Positions 1 through 13,078 of a stretch of 64,000 nucleotides of DNA are shown here, one piece after another. This stretch comes from Sphyrna mokarran (taxonomy: Eukaryota). The stretch is taken from contig JAGIQG010000009.1 of NCBI GenBank assembly GCA_024679065.1, positions 85,746,001 to 85,810,000 of the forward strand, written 5' to 3'. Both the position numbers and the translations under genes were made by a program. Position 1 is the first letter of the stretch. Each line of letters starts with the position of its first letter. The notes below the pieces were generated by a model, which did no database searches, was not told the origin of the DNA, and saw only the letters and a list, made by a program, of their open reading frames with translations.

Positions 1-13
1 TATAAGACTTCTA

Positions 14-1560
14 GAACATAGAACATTACAGCACCGAACAGGCCCTTCGGCCTTCGATGTTGCGCCGACCAATATAAAAAGCAATGCCCCTCCAAACTAA
101 ACCATTCCCTTCTCTTCCATATACTTATCAACGAACCTCTTAAACGCCACCAAACTTGGCGCATCTACAACCGCTGCAGGCAGGGCATTCCACTCCCGAA
201 CCACCCTTTGGGTAAAGAACCTGCCTCTGATATCCGTCCTATAACTATCACCCTTAATTTAAAGCTGTGTCCCCTCGTGCTAGCTTTCTCCATCCTAGGA
301 AAAAGGCTATCACTGTCCACCCTATCTAAACCTCTAATCATCTATATGTTTCGATTAGGTCCCCTCTTAGCCGCCTCCTTTCTAACGAAAACAACCTCAA
401 ATCCCTCAGCCTCTCTTCATAAGACCGGCCCTCCATACCAGGCAACATCCTGGTAAACCTCCTCTGTACCCTCTCCAATGCCTCCACATCTTTCTTATAA
501 TGCGGGGACCAGAACTGCACACAATACTCCAGTGCGGCCGCACTAGAGTTTTGTACAGTTGCAACATGACGTTGCGGCTCCAAAATTCAATCCCCCTACC
601 AATAAAAGCTAAGACTCCATATGCCTTCTTAACAACTTTATCCACTTGACTGCCTACTTTCAGGATCTATTGACACATACACCAAGATCCTTCTGTTCCT
701 CAACACTATTAAGAGCCCTACCATTAGCCCTATACTCTACACATTTATTCTCCAACTTGTCCAAGTCCTCTGCAAACTATAACACCCCTCTCACTATCTA
801 CCACTCCACCGACTTTAGTGTCATCTGATTAACTCCCCCTCTGTTCATCAAGACTACTAAGTATCCTACCATTAGCCCTATACTCTACACATTTATTCTT
901 CCTGCCATAGTGCATTACCTCACACTTTTCCACATTAAACTCCATTTGCCACCTCTCGGCCCAGCTCTGCAACTTGTCCAAGTCCCTCTGCAAACTATAA
1001 CACCCCTCTTCCCTATCTACCACCCCACCGACTTTAGTGTCATCTGCAAATTTACTAATCCATCCTTCAATACCCTCATCCAGATCATTTATAAAAATTA
1101 CAAACAGCAGGGGCCCCAAAACAGACCCCTGAGGTACACCACTTGTCACCGAACTCCACGATGAATATCTCCATCAACCACCACCCTCTGTCTTCTATCT
1201 GCTAGCCAATTCCTAACCCAATTAGCTAAATCACCCTCTATCCCATACATCTGCATTTTCTGCAGAAGCCTTCCATGGGCCACCTTATGAAACGCCTTAC
1301 TAAAGTCCATATATACCACATCAACTGCCTTACCCCCATCCACCTCTTTAGTCACTTTTTTAAAAAACTCAATGAGGTTAGTAAGGCACGACCTATCCTT
1401 CACAAAACCATGCTGACTGTCCCCAATCAATTCATTTCTCTCTAAATAACTATAATTAGGGATAGGATTTATTCTCTCCAATACTTTGCCCACAACAGAA
1501 GTAAGACTCACTGGCCTATAATTCCCTGGAAGATCTCTCTTCCCCTTCTTGAACAAAAAG
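14..1560 (-). mobile_element. CR1 family A, 5'-truncated and internally rearranged
   Basis: ATAGAAC tail at about 14; RT fragments in ORFs 338-583, 829-1149 and 1146-1592. Confidence 0.9.
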
Positions 1561-1959
1561 AAGAGTATATGGAATGAGTATATGGAAAACAATAGGATAG
1601 GGGGTTATAGATAGGTCTGTGGATTGGTAGATGTGATCAGCGCAACTCTTGGGCCGAAGGGCCTATTTGTGCTGTATTGTTCTATGTGCTGCTGAGGTGG
1701 TGACTAGGAGGATTTCACAGTATTTTTATTACAATATTAATGTAAGCCTTACTTGTGACTAATAAATTTATTCCCAATTTATTCTGGATCTTCCAATCCC
1801 CTTTCACCCCAGATTCCCCAACCTCTTTTTATTCTGGATTCTACCCCACTCCTCCTTTAGTCCAGATCCCCATCACTGCCCCTTTACCGCTTTGTCACTC
1901 CCCTTTTGTTCTGGATTTCATTTCATTCCCTATTCTCCATTACGCCCAGATACTAACCC

Positions 1960-3325
1960 AAAGAACAATACAGCACAGGAAATAGGCCCTTCGGCTCTCC
2001 AAGCCTGCACCGCTCCTGCTTCCAGCTAGACTATTCATTTGTATCCCTCCATTCCCAGTCTGTTCATGTGGCTATCCAGATAAGTCTAAAACAATCCCAG
2101 CGTGATCGCCTCTACCACCTTGCTTGGCAGTGCATTCCAGGTCCCCACCACCTTCTGTGTAAAATACGTCCCTCTGTGTTAAACCTTGCCCCGCTTATCT
2201 TGAACCTGTGACCCCTTGTGTTCGTCACCTCCGATCTGAGAAAAAGTTTCCCACTGTTCACCCTATCTATGCCCTTCATAATTTTATACACCTCTATAAG
2301 GTCGCCTCTCATCCTCCATCTTTCCAGGGAGAACAACCCCAGTTTACCCAACCTCTCCTCATAGCTAAGACCCTCTATACCAGGCAACATCCTAGTAAAC
2401 CTTCCCTGTATTCTCTCCAAAGCCTTCCATGTCTTTCTGGTAACATGGCGACTAGAACTGGACGCAGTATTCCAAATTTGGCCTAACCAACGTTCTGTAT
2501 AGCTCCAACATCATACTCCAACTTTTATACTCTATGCCCTGTCCTATAAAGGCAAACATGCCATATGCCTCCTTTACCACCTTCTTCACCTGGATTGCCA
2601 ACTTTAAGGATCTGTGAACTTGCACATCCACGTCCCCCTGTATCTATATTCCTGATGGTTCTGCCATTTATTATGTAGCTCCCCTTTGCATTAGTTCTAC
2701 CAAAATGCATCAATTCGCATTTATCTGGATTAAATTCCATCTGCCACTTCACTGCCCAATTTTCCAGCCTATCTATATCCTGCTATATTCTCCGATAATG
2801 TTCATCGCTATCTGCAAATCCAGCCATCTTTGTGTCATCTGCAACCTTACTGATCACACTAGTTACATCTTCTTCCAAATCATTTATATATATTACAAAT
2901 ATCAGAGGTCCCAATACAGAGCCCTGCGGAATTCCACTAGTCACAGACCTCCAGCCGGAAAAAGACCCTTCCACTGTTACCCTCTGTCTTCTATGGCCAA
3001 ACTTGTTCTCTACCCATCTAGCTAGCTCTCCTTTTATCCCGTGAGATTTAACTTTTTGCACTAACCTGTCATGAAGGACTTTGTCAAACGCTTTACTAAA
3101 ATCCATATAGGTGACATCCACAGCCCTTCCCACATCAATTTTTCTTGTCACCTCCTCAAAAAAATTCAACCAAATTTGCAAGGCATGACCTCCCTCTTAC
3201 AAAACCATACTGTCTATCACTAATGAGATTATTCCGTTCTAAATGTATATACATCTAAGAATCCTCTCCAACAATTTCCTTACCAAGGACATCAAGCTCA
3301 CCGGCCTATAATTACCTGGGTTATC
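1960..3325 (-). mobile_element. Older CR1 3' fragment (distinct family)
   Basis: RT fragments in ORFs 2112-2420, 2525-2752 and 2783-3181; CR1-type 3' end. Confidence 0.85.
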
Positions 3326-5100
3326 AAAGAACAAAGAACAAAACAGCACAGGAAATAGGTCCTTCGGCCCAACGAGCCTGCGCCGCCACCCTGATGTTCC
3401 CACCTCTACCCGCGATCTCTGGCCTTGTTTATAGATGTATGGATTAAAAAACCAAATTTGAGACAATTTAGGGAGAATTTGTTTTGCCAATTAGCCTAAG
3501 AGCATATCTTTGGGATGTGGGAGGAAACCGGAGCGCCCGGAGAAAACCTACGCAAACACAGGGAGAATGCGCAAACTCCCACAGACACAGGCCCAAATCC
3601 ATGTATCTGCACAGCACAGCAATAGTCACTGAGCTGTCACGTTGCCCATCAAATGGTCCAGGTCAAGCATACACTAATGATGTGAAGCACTAGGATACTC
3701 TCGAAAAAGATCCAAGAGCAGCCCTCTCACGATCCATCGCGTGTATGCCCCTCGTTAGACAACAAGGTGGACCAAAGCACCTGTAGGATAAAAACAAGTA
3801 CATCAATATCATCATCTATTTACATCAGGGACTCCCAAGGCTCATGACCTTATTTTGTATCAGTTTTCTATACCCCTCCATTCCCATTCTGTTCGTGTGC
3901 CCATCTAAGTATTTCTTAAATAACTCCAGAGTACCTGCCTCCACCACTTTACTTGGCAGCGCATTCCATACCCCCACCATCCTCTGTGTGAAAAAACTCC
4001 CTCTAGCATCCAAATTACACCTTACCCCCCACACCCTAAGCCCGTGATCCCTCGTGCTATTTGAGTCCTTTGTACCCTTCTTAAATAATGGGACCACATT
4101 TGCTATCCTCCAATCCTCTGGGACTTCACCTGTGTCCACTGAAGAGACAAAGATTTCTGTTAGAGGCCCAGCAATTTCACCTCTTGTCTCCCTTAGCAGT
4201 CTAGGATAGATGCCATTAGGCCCTAGGGATTTGTCTGTCTTAATGTTCCCTACAAAACCTAACACTTCCTTCCTTGTAATTGAGATTTTCCCTCACGGGT
4301 CAACATACCCTTCTGAGACACTTCCAGTCAACACGTCCCTCCCCTTTGTGAATACTGATGCAAAGTGTTCGTTTAGGATCTCTCCTACCTCCTTCAGCTC
4401 TAAGCATAATTCCGCTCCTTTGTCCCCGAGAGGTCCGATTTTTTTCCCTGACAACTCTCTTGCTCCTAATGTATGAATAAAATGCCTTAGGATTCTCCTT
4501 AATCCTGTCTGCCAAGGACATTTCATGGCCCCTTTTTGCTTTTCTAACTCCCCTTTGAGTTCTTTCCTTCTTTCCCTGTATTCTTCCAGTGCTCCATTTG
4601 TTTTTAGCTGCCTGGAACTAACGTTTGTCTTTCCTTTCTTTTTGATCAGATCCTCAATTTCCCTTGTTATCCATGGCTCTCAAATCCTACCTTTCCTATC
4701 CTTCCCTTTTACAGGTACGTGCCCGTCCTGCAGTTCTATCAACTGCTCCTCAAAAGACTCCCACGTGCCAGATGTGGATTAACCCTCGACCAGCCTCTCC
4801 CAATCAACAGCCACCATTTCCTGCCTAATTTGGCTATAGTTAGCCTTTTCCCAATTCAGCACCTTACCGCACGACAACACTCATCTTTTTCCATTACTAT
4901 CCTAAGTTTACAGAATTGTGATCACTATTTGCCGTATGTTCTCCTACTAAAACTTTAACGACCTGACCGGGCTCATTCCCCACTACAAGGTCCAGTATTG
5001 CACCTCCCCCACCCCTACCCCAAGTTGGGGTATCAACGGGGATACGTTGGGGATATCAACGTATTGTTCCAAAAAATTTTCCTGTACACATTTTATAAAT
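3326..5100 (-). mobile_element. CR1 with long V-SINE-containing 3' UTR (family B) joined to internal ORF2 fragments
   Basis: AAAGAAC tail; V-domain at about 3500-3600; ORF2 fragments 3825-4265 and 4300-4521. Confidence 0.8.
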
Positions 5101-6232
5101 TTCTTCCGGTCCAGACTGATTGGGAAACTGATTGGGAAACTGATTGGGAACGGTTGTTTGAGGGTAAGTCCACGCTAGGCATGTGGGACTCTTTCAAGGG
5201 AATACTGAAAATGTTGCAAGATAAGTATGTGCCGGCCAAGAGGAAAGATGTGAAAGGTAGGATTAGAGAGCCGTGGATTACTAGGGATATTGAGGACTTG
5301 GTTAGGAAGAAAAGAGAAGCGTATGATAGGTTGAAGCAGCTGGGAACCGAAACAGTATTGAAGGAATATAGAGAGCGTAGGAGGGAGCTCAAACGGGGAG
5401 TTAGAAGGGCAAAAAGAGGGCTTGAAATGATTTTGGCAGACAGGATTAAGGAAAACCCAAAGGCTTTTTACTCCTATGTTAGGAATAAAAGGGTGGTTAG
5501 AGGAAAAATTGGACCTCTTAGGGACAGAGGAGGGGAACTGTGCTTAGAGCCCGAGGGAATGGCGGAGATCCTGAATGAATACTTTGCGTCGGTATTCACG
5601 AAGGAGGGGGGATTGTTGACAGCTCCTGTCTCTGAGGGAGCTGTAGACCAGTTGAGGGAAATATCCATACCGAGGGAGGAAGTGTTACAGCTTCTAGGTA
5701 GCATTAAAACTGATAAATCTCCGGGGCCTGATGGCATTTATCCCAGGTTGCTTAGGGAGGTGCGAGGAGAAATTGCTGGGCCTCTGATGCAAATTTTTGT
5801 CTCTTCCTTGGGCACAGGTGAGGTCCCAGAGGACTGGAGAATACCTAATGTTGTACCATTGTTTAAAAAGGGTACTAGGGATAACCCTGGAAATTATAGA
5901 CCGGTGAGTTTGATGTCAGTGGTAGGGAAGCTGTTGGAGGGGATTCTTAGAGATGGGATGTATAGGCACTTGAAGGTTGCAATCTGATTGGGGATACGCA
6001 GCATGGATTTGTTAAGGGGAGGTCATGCCTTACAACTCTGGTAGAATTTTTTGAGGAGGTGACGAAAACGGTTGACAAAGGGCAAGCTGTTGATGTTGTC
6101 TATATGGATTTTAGTAAGGCGTTTGACAAAGTCCCTCATGGGAGGTTAGTCGAGAAGGTCAAGGCTAATGGGATACAAGGACACGTAGCTAGATGGATAA
6201 GTAACTGGCTTGGTAATAGGAGACAGAGAGTA

Positions 6233-8566
6233 ATAGAACATAGAACATTACAGCGCAGAACAAGCCCTTCGGCCCTCGATGTTGCGCCGACCAATTAAGA
6301 AAAAGCAATGACCCTCTAACCTAAACCATTCCCTTTTCGTCCATAAACTTATCTACTAACCTCTTAAACGCCATCAAACTTGGCGCATCTACAACTGATG
6401 CAGGCAGGGCATTCCATACCCTTACCACCCTCTGGGTAAAGAACCTACCTCTGACATCTGTCTTAAAACCACAACCCCTTAATTTAAAGCTGTGTTCCCT
6501 CGTGCTAGCTTTCTCCATCCTAGGAAAAAGGCTATCACTGTCCACCCTATCTAAACCTCTAATCATCTTATATGTTTCAATAAGGTCTCCTCTTAGCCAC
6601 CTTCTTTCTAACGAAACCAACCTCAAATCCCTCAGCCTCTCTTCATAAGACCTGCCCTCCATACCAGGCAACATCCTGGTAAACCTCCTCTGTACCTCTC
6701 CAATGCCTCCACATCTTTCTTATAATGCGGGGACCAGAACTGCACACAATACTCCAAGTGCGGCCGCACTAGAGTTTTGTACAGTTTGCAACATGACGTT
6801 GCGGCTCCGAAATTCAATCCCCCTACCAATAAAAGCTAAGACTCCGTATGCCTTCTTAACAACCTTATCGACTTGATTGCCAACTTTCAGGGATCTATGC
6901 ACATGTACACCAAGATCCCTCTGTTCTTCAACACTATTAAGAGTCCTAACAAGGGCCTTTACTCTACACATTTGTTATTCCTGCCAAAGTGAATTACCTC
7001 ACACTTCTCCGCATTAAACTCCACTTGCCACCTCTCGGCCCAGCTCTGCAACTTGTCCAAGTCTCTCTGCAAACTATAACACCCCTCTTCACTATCTACC
7101 ACTCCTCCGACTTTGGTGTCATCCCAAATTTACTAATCCATCCTTCAATACCCTCATCCAGATCATTTATAAAAATTACAAACAGCAGGGGCTCCAAAAC
7201 AGACCCCTGAGGTACACCACTTGTCACCGAACTCCACGATGAATATCTCCCATCAACCACCACCCTCTGTCTTCTATCTGATAGCCAATTCCTAATCCAA
7301 TTAGCTAAATCACCCTCTATCCCATACATCTGCATTTTCTGCAGAAGCCTTCCATGGGCCACCTTATCGAACGCCTTACTAAAGTCCATATATACCACAT
7401 CAACTGCCTTACCCCCATCCACATCTTTGGTCACTTTTTCAAAAAACTCAATAAGGTTAGTAAGGCACGACCTACCCTTCACAAAACCATGCTGACTATC
7501 CCCAATCAATTCATTTCTCTCGAAATAACTATAAATCCTATCCCTAATAATTCTCTCCAATACTTTGCCCACAACAGAAGTAAGACTCACCGGCCTATAA
7601 TTCCCCGGAAAGTCTCTCTTCCCTTTCTTGAACAATGGGACCACATTCGCTATCCTCCAGTCTTCCGGCACTGTACCCGTAACCAACGACGACCTGAAGA
7701 TCAGAGCCAGAGGCTCTGCAATCGCCTCTCTCGCTTTCCAGAGAATCCTAGGGTAAATCCCGTCTGGCCCAGGGGACTTATCCAACTTCAAATCCTCAAG
7801 AATATCTAGCACAATCCTCCTTATCTACTTCAATACTTTCCAGTTTGCAACCCTGTATCCCAGTGTTCTCCACAACTACATTTACATCTCCCTGCATGAA
7901 CACCGAAGAGAAATATTTGTTCAGTGCCTCTCCAATCTCTTCAGGCTCCACGCACAACTTCCCACTGCTGTCCATGACTGGCCCTAATCTTGCCCTGACC
8001 AATCTTCTATTCTTAACATATCTAAAGAAAGCTTTAGGATTCTCCTTGATCCTATCGGCCAAAGTCTTCTCGTGTCCCCTTTTAGCTCTTCTCAACTCAC
8101 TCTTTAGCTCCGTCCTGGCTAATCTGTAGCTATCCAGTGCACTAACTGAGCCTTCAAGCCTCATCCTGACATAAGCCTCCTTTTTCCTTTTAACCAGCGA
8201 ATTAACTTTTTTAGAACACCATGGTTCCCTTACTCGACCATTTCCTCCTTGCCTGACAGGGACATACTTATCAAGGACTCGCAGTAGCTGCTCCTTGAAT
8301 AAGCTCCACACTTCAGATGTTCCCAGTCCCTGTAGTTTCCTAGTCCAGCCTATGCACCCTAATTCCCTCCTTAAGGCCTCATAATTACCATTCCCCCAGG
8401 TTCATGCCTATCCTTATCCATCACTAAGTGAATGTAACCAAATTGTGGTCTTTATCACCAAAATGTTCACCAACTTCCAAATCTAACACCTGGTCTGGCT
8501 CATTGCCCAGCACCAAATCCAATGTAGCCTCATCTCTAGTTGGCCTATCTACACACTGAGTCAAAA
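6233..8566 (-). mobile_element. CR1 family A, 5'-truncated, nested in family B
   Basis: Tail at about 6233; ORF fragments 6321-6674, 7096-7812 and 7796-8311 with frameshifts. Confidence 0.9.
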
Positions 8567-9271
8567 AATAGTGGAAGGGTGTTTCTGTACCTGGAGGTCA
8601 GTCACTAGTGATGTGCCACAGGGCTCGGTACTGGGACCTCTTCTATTTGTAATATATATAAATGACTTGGAAGAGGGAGTAAGTGGAGTGATCAGCAAGT
8701 TTGCAGACAATACAAAGATGGCTGGACTTTCGGAGAGTGAGGAGCATTGTCAGGCGACGCAGCAGGACATAGTTAGACTGGTAACTTGGGCAGACAGATG
8801 GCAGACGGAATTCAATCCTGCTAAATGTGAGGTGATGCATTTCGGGAGAAAGAATGTAGCAGGGAGGTATATGATAAAGGGTAGACCTATTAAGAGTATA
8901 GAAACGCAGAAGGACCTGGGGGTGTAGGTGAACAAGTCTCTGAAGGTGGCAGAGCAAGTGGAGAAGGTTGCGAAGAAAGCATATAGTATGCTAGCCTTTA
9001 TAGGAAGGGGTATAGAGTACAAGAGCTGGCCTTTAATGTTGCAGTTGTATAAAACGTTGGTTAGACCTCATTTTGAATACTGCGTCCAGTTCTGGTCGCC
9101 TTACTACCGGAAGATCGTGAACACTCTGGAGAGAGTGTAAAGGATGTTTACCAGGAGGCTGCCTGGTATGGAAGGTCTGAGTTACATAGAACATAGAACA
9201 ATACAGCACAGAACAGGCCCTTCGGCCTTCGATGTTGTGCCGACCAAAATAAAAAGCAATGCCCCTCCAAA

Positions 9272-12040
9272 CTAAACCATTCCCTTCTCTTCCATATACT
9301 TATCAACTAACCTCTTAAACGCCACCAAACTTGGCGCATCTACAACAGCTGCAGGCAGGGCATTCCACTCCCTAATCACTCTTTGAGTAAAGAACCTACC
9401 TCTGATATCCGTCCTATAACTCATACCCCTTAATTTAAAGCTGTGTCCCCTCGTGCTAGCTTTCTCCATCCTAGGAAAAAGGCTATCACTGTCCACCCTA
9501 TCTAAACCTCTAATCATCTTATATGCTTCAATAAGATCCCCTCTTAGCCGCCTCCTTTCTAACGAAAACAACCTCAAATCCTTCAACCTCTCCTCATAGG
9601 ACCTGCCCTCCATACCAGGCAACATCCTGGTAAACCTCCTCTGTACCCTCTCCAATGCCTCCACATCTTTCTTATAATGTGGCGACCAGAACTGCACACA
9701 ATACTCCAAGTGCGGCCGCACTAGAGTTTTGTACAGTTGCAACATGATGCTGCGGCTCCTAAATTCAATCCCCCTACCAATAAAAGCTAAGACTCCATAT
9801 GCCTTCTTAACAACTTTATCCACTTGACTGCCTACTTTCAGGGATCTATTGACACATACACCAAGATCCTTCTGTTCCTCAACACTATTAAGAGCCCTAC
9901 CATTAGCCCTATACTCTACACATTTATTGTTCCTGCCAAAGTGCATTACCTCACACTTTTCCACATTAAACTCCATTTGCCACCTCTCGGCCCAGCTCTG
10001 CAACTTGTCCAAGTCACTCTGTAAACTAAAACACCCCTCTTCACTATCTACCACACCACCAACTTTAGTATCATCTGCAAATTTACTGATCCATCCCTCA
10101 ATACCCTCATCCAGATCATTTATAAAAATTACAAACAGCAGGGGCCCCAAAACAGACCCCTGAGGCACACCACTCGTCACCGAACTCCACGATGAATATC
10201 TCCCATCAACCACCACCCTCTGTCTTCTATCTGCCAGCCAATTCCTAATCCAATTAGCTAAATCACCCTCTATTCCACACATCTGCATTTTCTGTAGAAG
10301 TCTTCCATGGGCCACCTTATCAAAAGCCTTACTAAAGTCCATATATACTACATCAACCGCCTTACCCCCATCCACCTCTCTGGTCACTTTCTCAAAAAAC
10401 TCAATGAGGTTAGTAAGGCATGACCTACCCTTCACGAAACCATGCTGACTATCCCCAATCAATTCATTTCTCTCTAAATAACTATAAATCCTATCCCTAA
10501 TAATTCTCTCCAATACCTTGCCCACAACAGAAGTAAGACTCACTGGCCTATAATTCCCTGGAAGGTCTCTCTTCCCCTTCTTAAACAATGGGACCACATT
10601 CGCTATCCTCCAGTCCTCCGGAACCACACCCGTAACCAACGACGACCTGAAGATCAGAGCCAGAGGCTCTGCAATCTCCTCTCTTGCCTCCCAGAGAATC
10701 CTAGGGTAAATCCCGTCCGGCCCAGGGGACTTATCCAACTTCAAACCCTCGAGAATTTCTAACACATCCTCCCTATCTACTACAATACTCCCCAATTTGC
10801 AACCCTGTACCTCAGTGCTCTCCATAGCTACATTTCCAGCACTCTGCGTGAATACCGAAGAGAAATATTTATTCAGTGCCTCACCAATCTCTTCAGGCTC
10901 CACGCACAACTTCCCACTGCTGTCTATGACTGGCCCTAATCTTGCCCTAACCAATCTTCTATTCTTAACATATCGAAAGAAAGCTTTAGGATTCTCCTTA
11001 ATCCTATCAGCCAACATCTTCTCGTGTCCCCTCTTAGCTCTCCTCAATTCACTTTTTACCTCCTTCCTGGCTAATCTATAGCTATCCATTGCACTATCTG
11101 AGCCTTCAAGCCTCATCCTGACATAAGCCTCCTTTTTCTTCTTAACCAGCAAATCAACTTTTTTCGTACACCAAGGCTCTCTTACTCGACCATTTCCTCC
11201 CTGCCTGACAGGGACATACTTATCAAGGACTCGCAGCAGCTGCTCCTTGAATAAGCACCACATTCCAGATGTTCCCAGTCCCTGTAGTTTCCTAGTCCAA
11301 TCTATGCACCCTAATTCTCTCCTGATGGCCTCATAATTACCCTTCCCCCAGCTATAACTACTGCCCCCAGCTTCATGCCTATCCCTGTCCATCACTAAGG
11401 TGAACGTAACCGAATTGTGGTCACTATCACCAAAATGTTCACTAACTTCCAAGCCTAACACCTGGTCTGGCTCATTGCCCAGCACCAAATCCAATGTAGC
11501 CTCACCTCTAGTTGGCCTCTCTACATACTGAGTCAAAAAACCTTCCTGCACACTCTGTACGAAAACTGACCCCTCTAACGAGCTAGAGCTATAGCTATTC
11601 CAATCAATATTAGCAAAGTTAAAGTCCCCCATCACAATTACCCTACTACTTTCACTCCTAATCAGAATTGACTTCGCAATCCTTTCCTCAACCTCTCTAG
11701 AACTATTAGGAGGTCTGTAAAAGACTCCCAACAGGGTGACCTCTCCTCTCCTGTTTCTAATCTCAGCCCATACTACCTCAACAGACAAGTCCTCATCAAA
11801 CTTCTTTTCTATCACCGTGATACAGTCTTTGACCAATAACGCCACTCCTCCCCCCCTTCTACCTCCTTCTCTACTCCGACTAAAGCATTTGTACCCCGGA
11901 ACCTGCAACATCCATTCCTGTCCCTGCTCTACCCAAGTCTCTGAAATGGCCACAACATCGAAGTTCCAGGTACTGGTCCAAGCTGCAAGTTCCTCCCCCT
12001 TATTGCGAATACTCCTTGCATTAAAGTATACGCATTTCAA
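9272..12040 (-). CDS. CR1 ORF2p: APE endonuclease and reverse transcriptase
   Basis: 922 aa uninterrupted; NARS, SETW, GDFN and SDH endonuclease motifs; [28 protein letters not shown] and FADD RT motifs. The frame stays open upstream to the ORF1 stop. Confidence 0.96.
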   Translation of the reverse strand: MKCVYFNARSIRNKGEELAAWTSTWNFDVVAISETWVEQGQEWMLQVPGYKCFSRSREGGRRGGGVALLVKDCITVIEKKFDEDLSVEVVWAEIRNRRGEVTLLGVFYRPPNSSREVEERIAKSILIRSESSRVIVMGDFNFANIDWNSYSSSSLEGSVFVQSVQEGFLTQYVERPTRGEATLDLVLGNEPDQVLGLEVSEHFGDSDHNSVTFTLVMDRDRHEAGGSSYSWGKGNYEAIRRELGCIDWTRKLQGLGTSGMWCLFKEQLLRVLDKYVPVRQGGNGRVREPWCTKKVDLLVKKKKEAYVRMRLEGSDSAMDSYRLARKEVKSELRRAKRGHEKMLADRIKENPKAFFRYVKNRRLVRARLGPVIDSSGKLCVEPEEIGEALNKYFSSVFTQSAGNVAMESTEVQGCKLGSIVVDREDVLEILEGLKLDKSPGPDGIYPRILWEAREEIAEPLALIFRSSLVTGVVPEDWRIANVVPLFKKGKRDLPGNYRPVSLTSVVGKVLERIIRDRIYSYLERNELIGDSQHGFVKGRSCLTNLIEFFEKVTREVDGGKAVDVVYMDFSKAFDKVAHGRLLQKMQMCGIEGDLANWIRNWLADRRQRVVVDGRYSSWSSVTSGVPQGSVLGPLLFVIFINDLDEGIEGWISKFADDTKVGGVVDSEEGCFSLQSDLDKLQSWAERWQMEFNVEKCEVMHFGRNNKCVEYRANGRALNSVEEQKDLGVCVNRSLKVGSQVDKVVKKAYGVLAFIGRGIEFRSRSIMLQLYKTLVRPHLEYCVQFWSPHYKKDVEALERVQRRFTRMLPGMEGRSYEERLKDLRLFSLERRRLRGDLIEAYKMIRGLDRVDSDSLFPRMEKASTRGHSFKLRGMSYRTDIRGRFFTQRVIREWNALPAAVVDAPSLVAFKRLVDKYMEEKGMV

Positions 12041-12151
12041 ACCATGCCCTACCCCACCCGTATGCTGCTGTGTTTTACAGCTTTCCTCTATGACCCCCTT
12101 ACTCTCATCCCTCTTAGCACCCCAACTATTCAGGATCCCACCCCCCCCGAA

Positions 12152-13078
12152 TCAGTTTAAAGCCCCCATCATAGCCTTAGCAAATTTTCCCCCCAAGATA
12201 TTAGTCCCCCTCTGGTTCAGGTGTAGACCATCTCTCTTGAAGAGGTCCCACCTATCCCAGAATGAGTCCCAATTGTTAAGGAACCTGAACCCCTCCCTCC
12301 TGCACCATCCACGCAGCCATGAGTTCAAACTATCCCTTTCTCTGTTCATCTCTAAACTATCTCTTGGCACAGGCAAGAGTCCAGAGATAACCACTCTGCC
12401 TGTTATGGACCTAAGCTTCCACCCTAACTCCATAAATTTCTGTTTAATATCCCCTTCCCTTGTCCTACCTACATCATGTGTCCCCACATGAACTATGACT
12501 TGGGGCTGACTCCCCTCACCCTTAAGAATCTTAAAAACCCGATCTGCAACATCCTGGACCCCAGCCCCTGGGAGGCAACACACCAGCCCTGAGTCCTGTT
12601 TATTACTATTTACCCTCCTATCTGTCCCTCTAACTATGGAGTCTCCTATAACTAGGCCTAATCTCTTATTCCCCCCACCCACCTGAGCATTCTCAGCAGG
12701 CTCACCCCCAGAGACCTGCTCCCTTTGGTCAGCTCCAGTTGATTCTTCCTCAACTGTAGCCTCCAAGACAGAAAATTTATTTTGGAGGGGAACAGCCCCA
12801 GGGGATTGTCTCCCCGATTGCTTCTTACCCCTCCTCCTAATAGTTACCCAATTATCACTTATAGGAGTTACAATCTCTTTGTTACTCCTGCCTATATCCT
12901 CCTCAACCTCTCGAATTACTCTGAGCTCCTCTAATTCCAGCTCCAGCTCCTTAACACGATCCTCAAGGAGCTGCAAATGTGCACACTTCCTGCAGGTATA
13001 ATCAGCAGGAACACTACTGGTGTCCCTCACCTCATACATACCGCAGGAGGTGCAATGTACTACCTGCACTGCCATCAC
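12152..13078 (-). CDS. CR1 ORF1p: N-terminal CxxC...CxxC zinc finger, coiled coil, SGNH/GDSL esterase-like domain
   Basis: CTSC...CRKC; LEDRVKELELELEELR heptads; GDS, HVGTHD and DGLHLN motifs. Confidence 0.92.
   Translation of the reverse strand: MMAVQVVHCTSCGMYEVRDTSSVPADYTCRKCAHLQLLEDRVKELELELEELRVIREVEEDIGRSNKEIVTPISDNWVTIRRRGKKQSGRQSPGAVPLQNKFSVLEATVEEESTGADQREQVSGGEPAENAQVGGGNKRLGLVIGDSIVRGTDRRVNSNKQDSGLVCCLPGAGVQDVADRVFKILKGEGSQPQVIVHVGTHDVGRTREGDIKQKFMELGWKLRSITGRVVISGLLPVPRDSLEMNRERDSLNSWLRGWCRREGFRFLNNWDSFWDRWDLFKRDGLHLNQRGTNILGGKFAKAMMGALN

Noticed and set aside
11736-12491. 251-aa plus-strand ORF (also 63219-63977 and many similar short ORFs)
   Set aside because: Antisense shadows of CR1 ORF1/ORF2 that recur only because the element is repeated.
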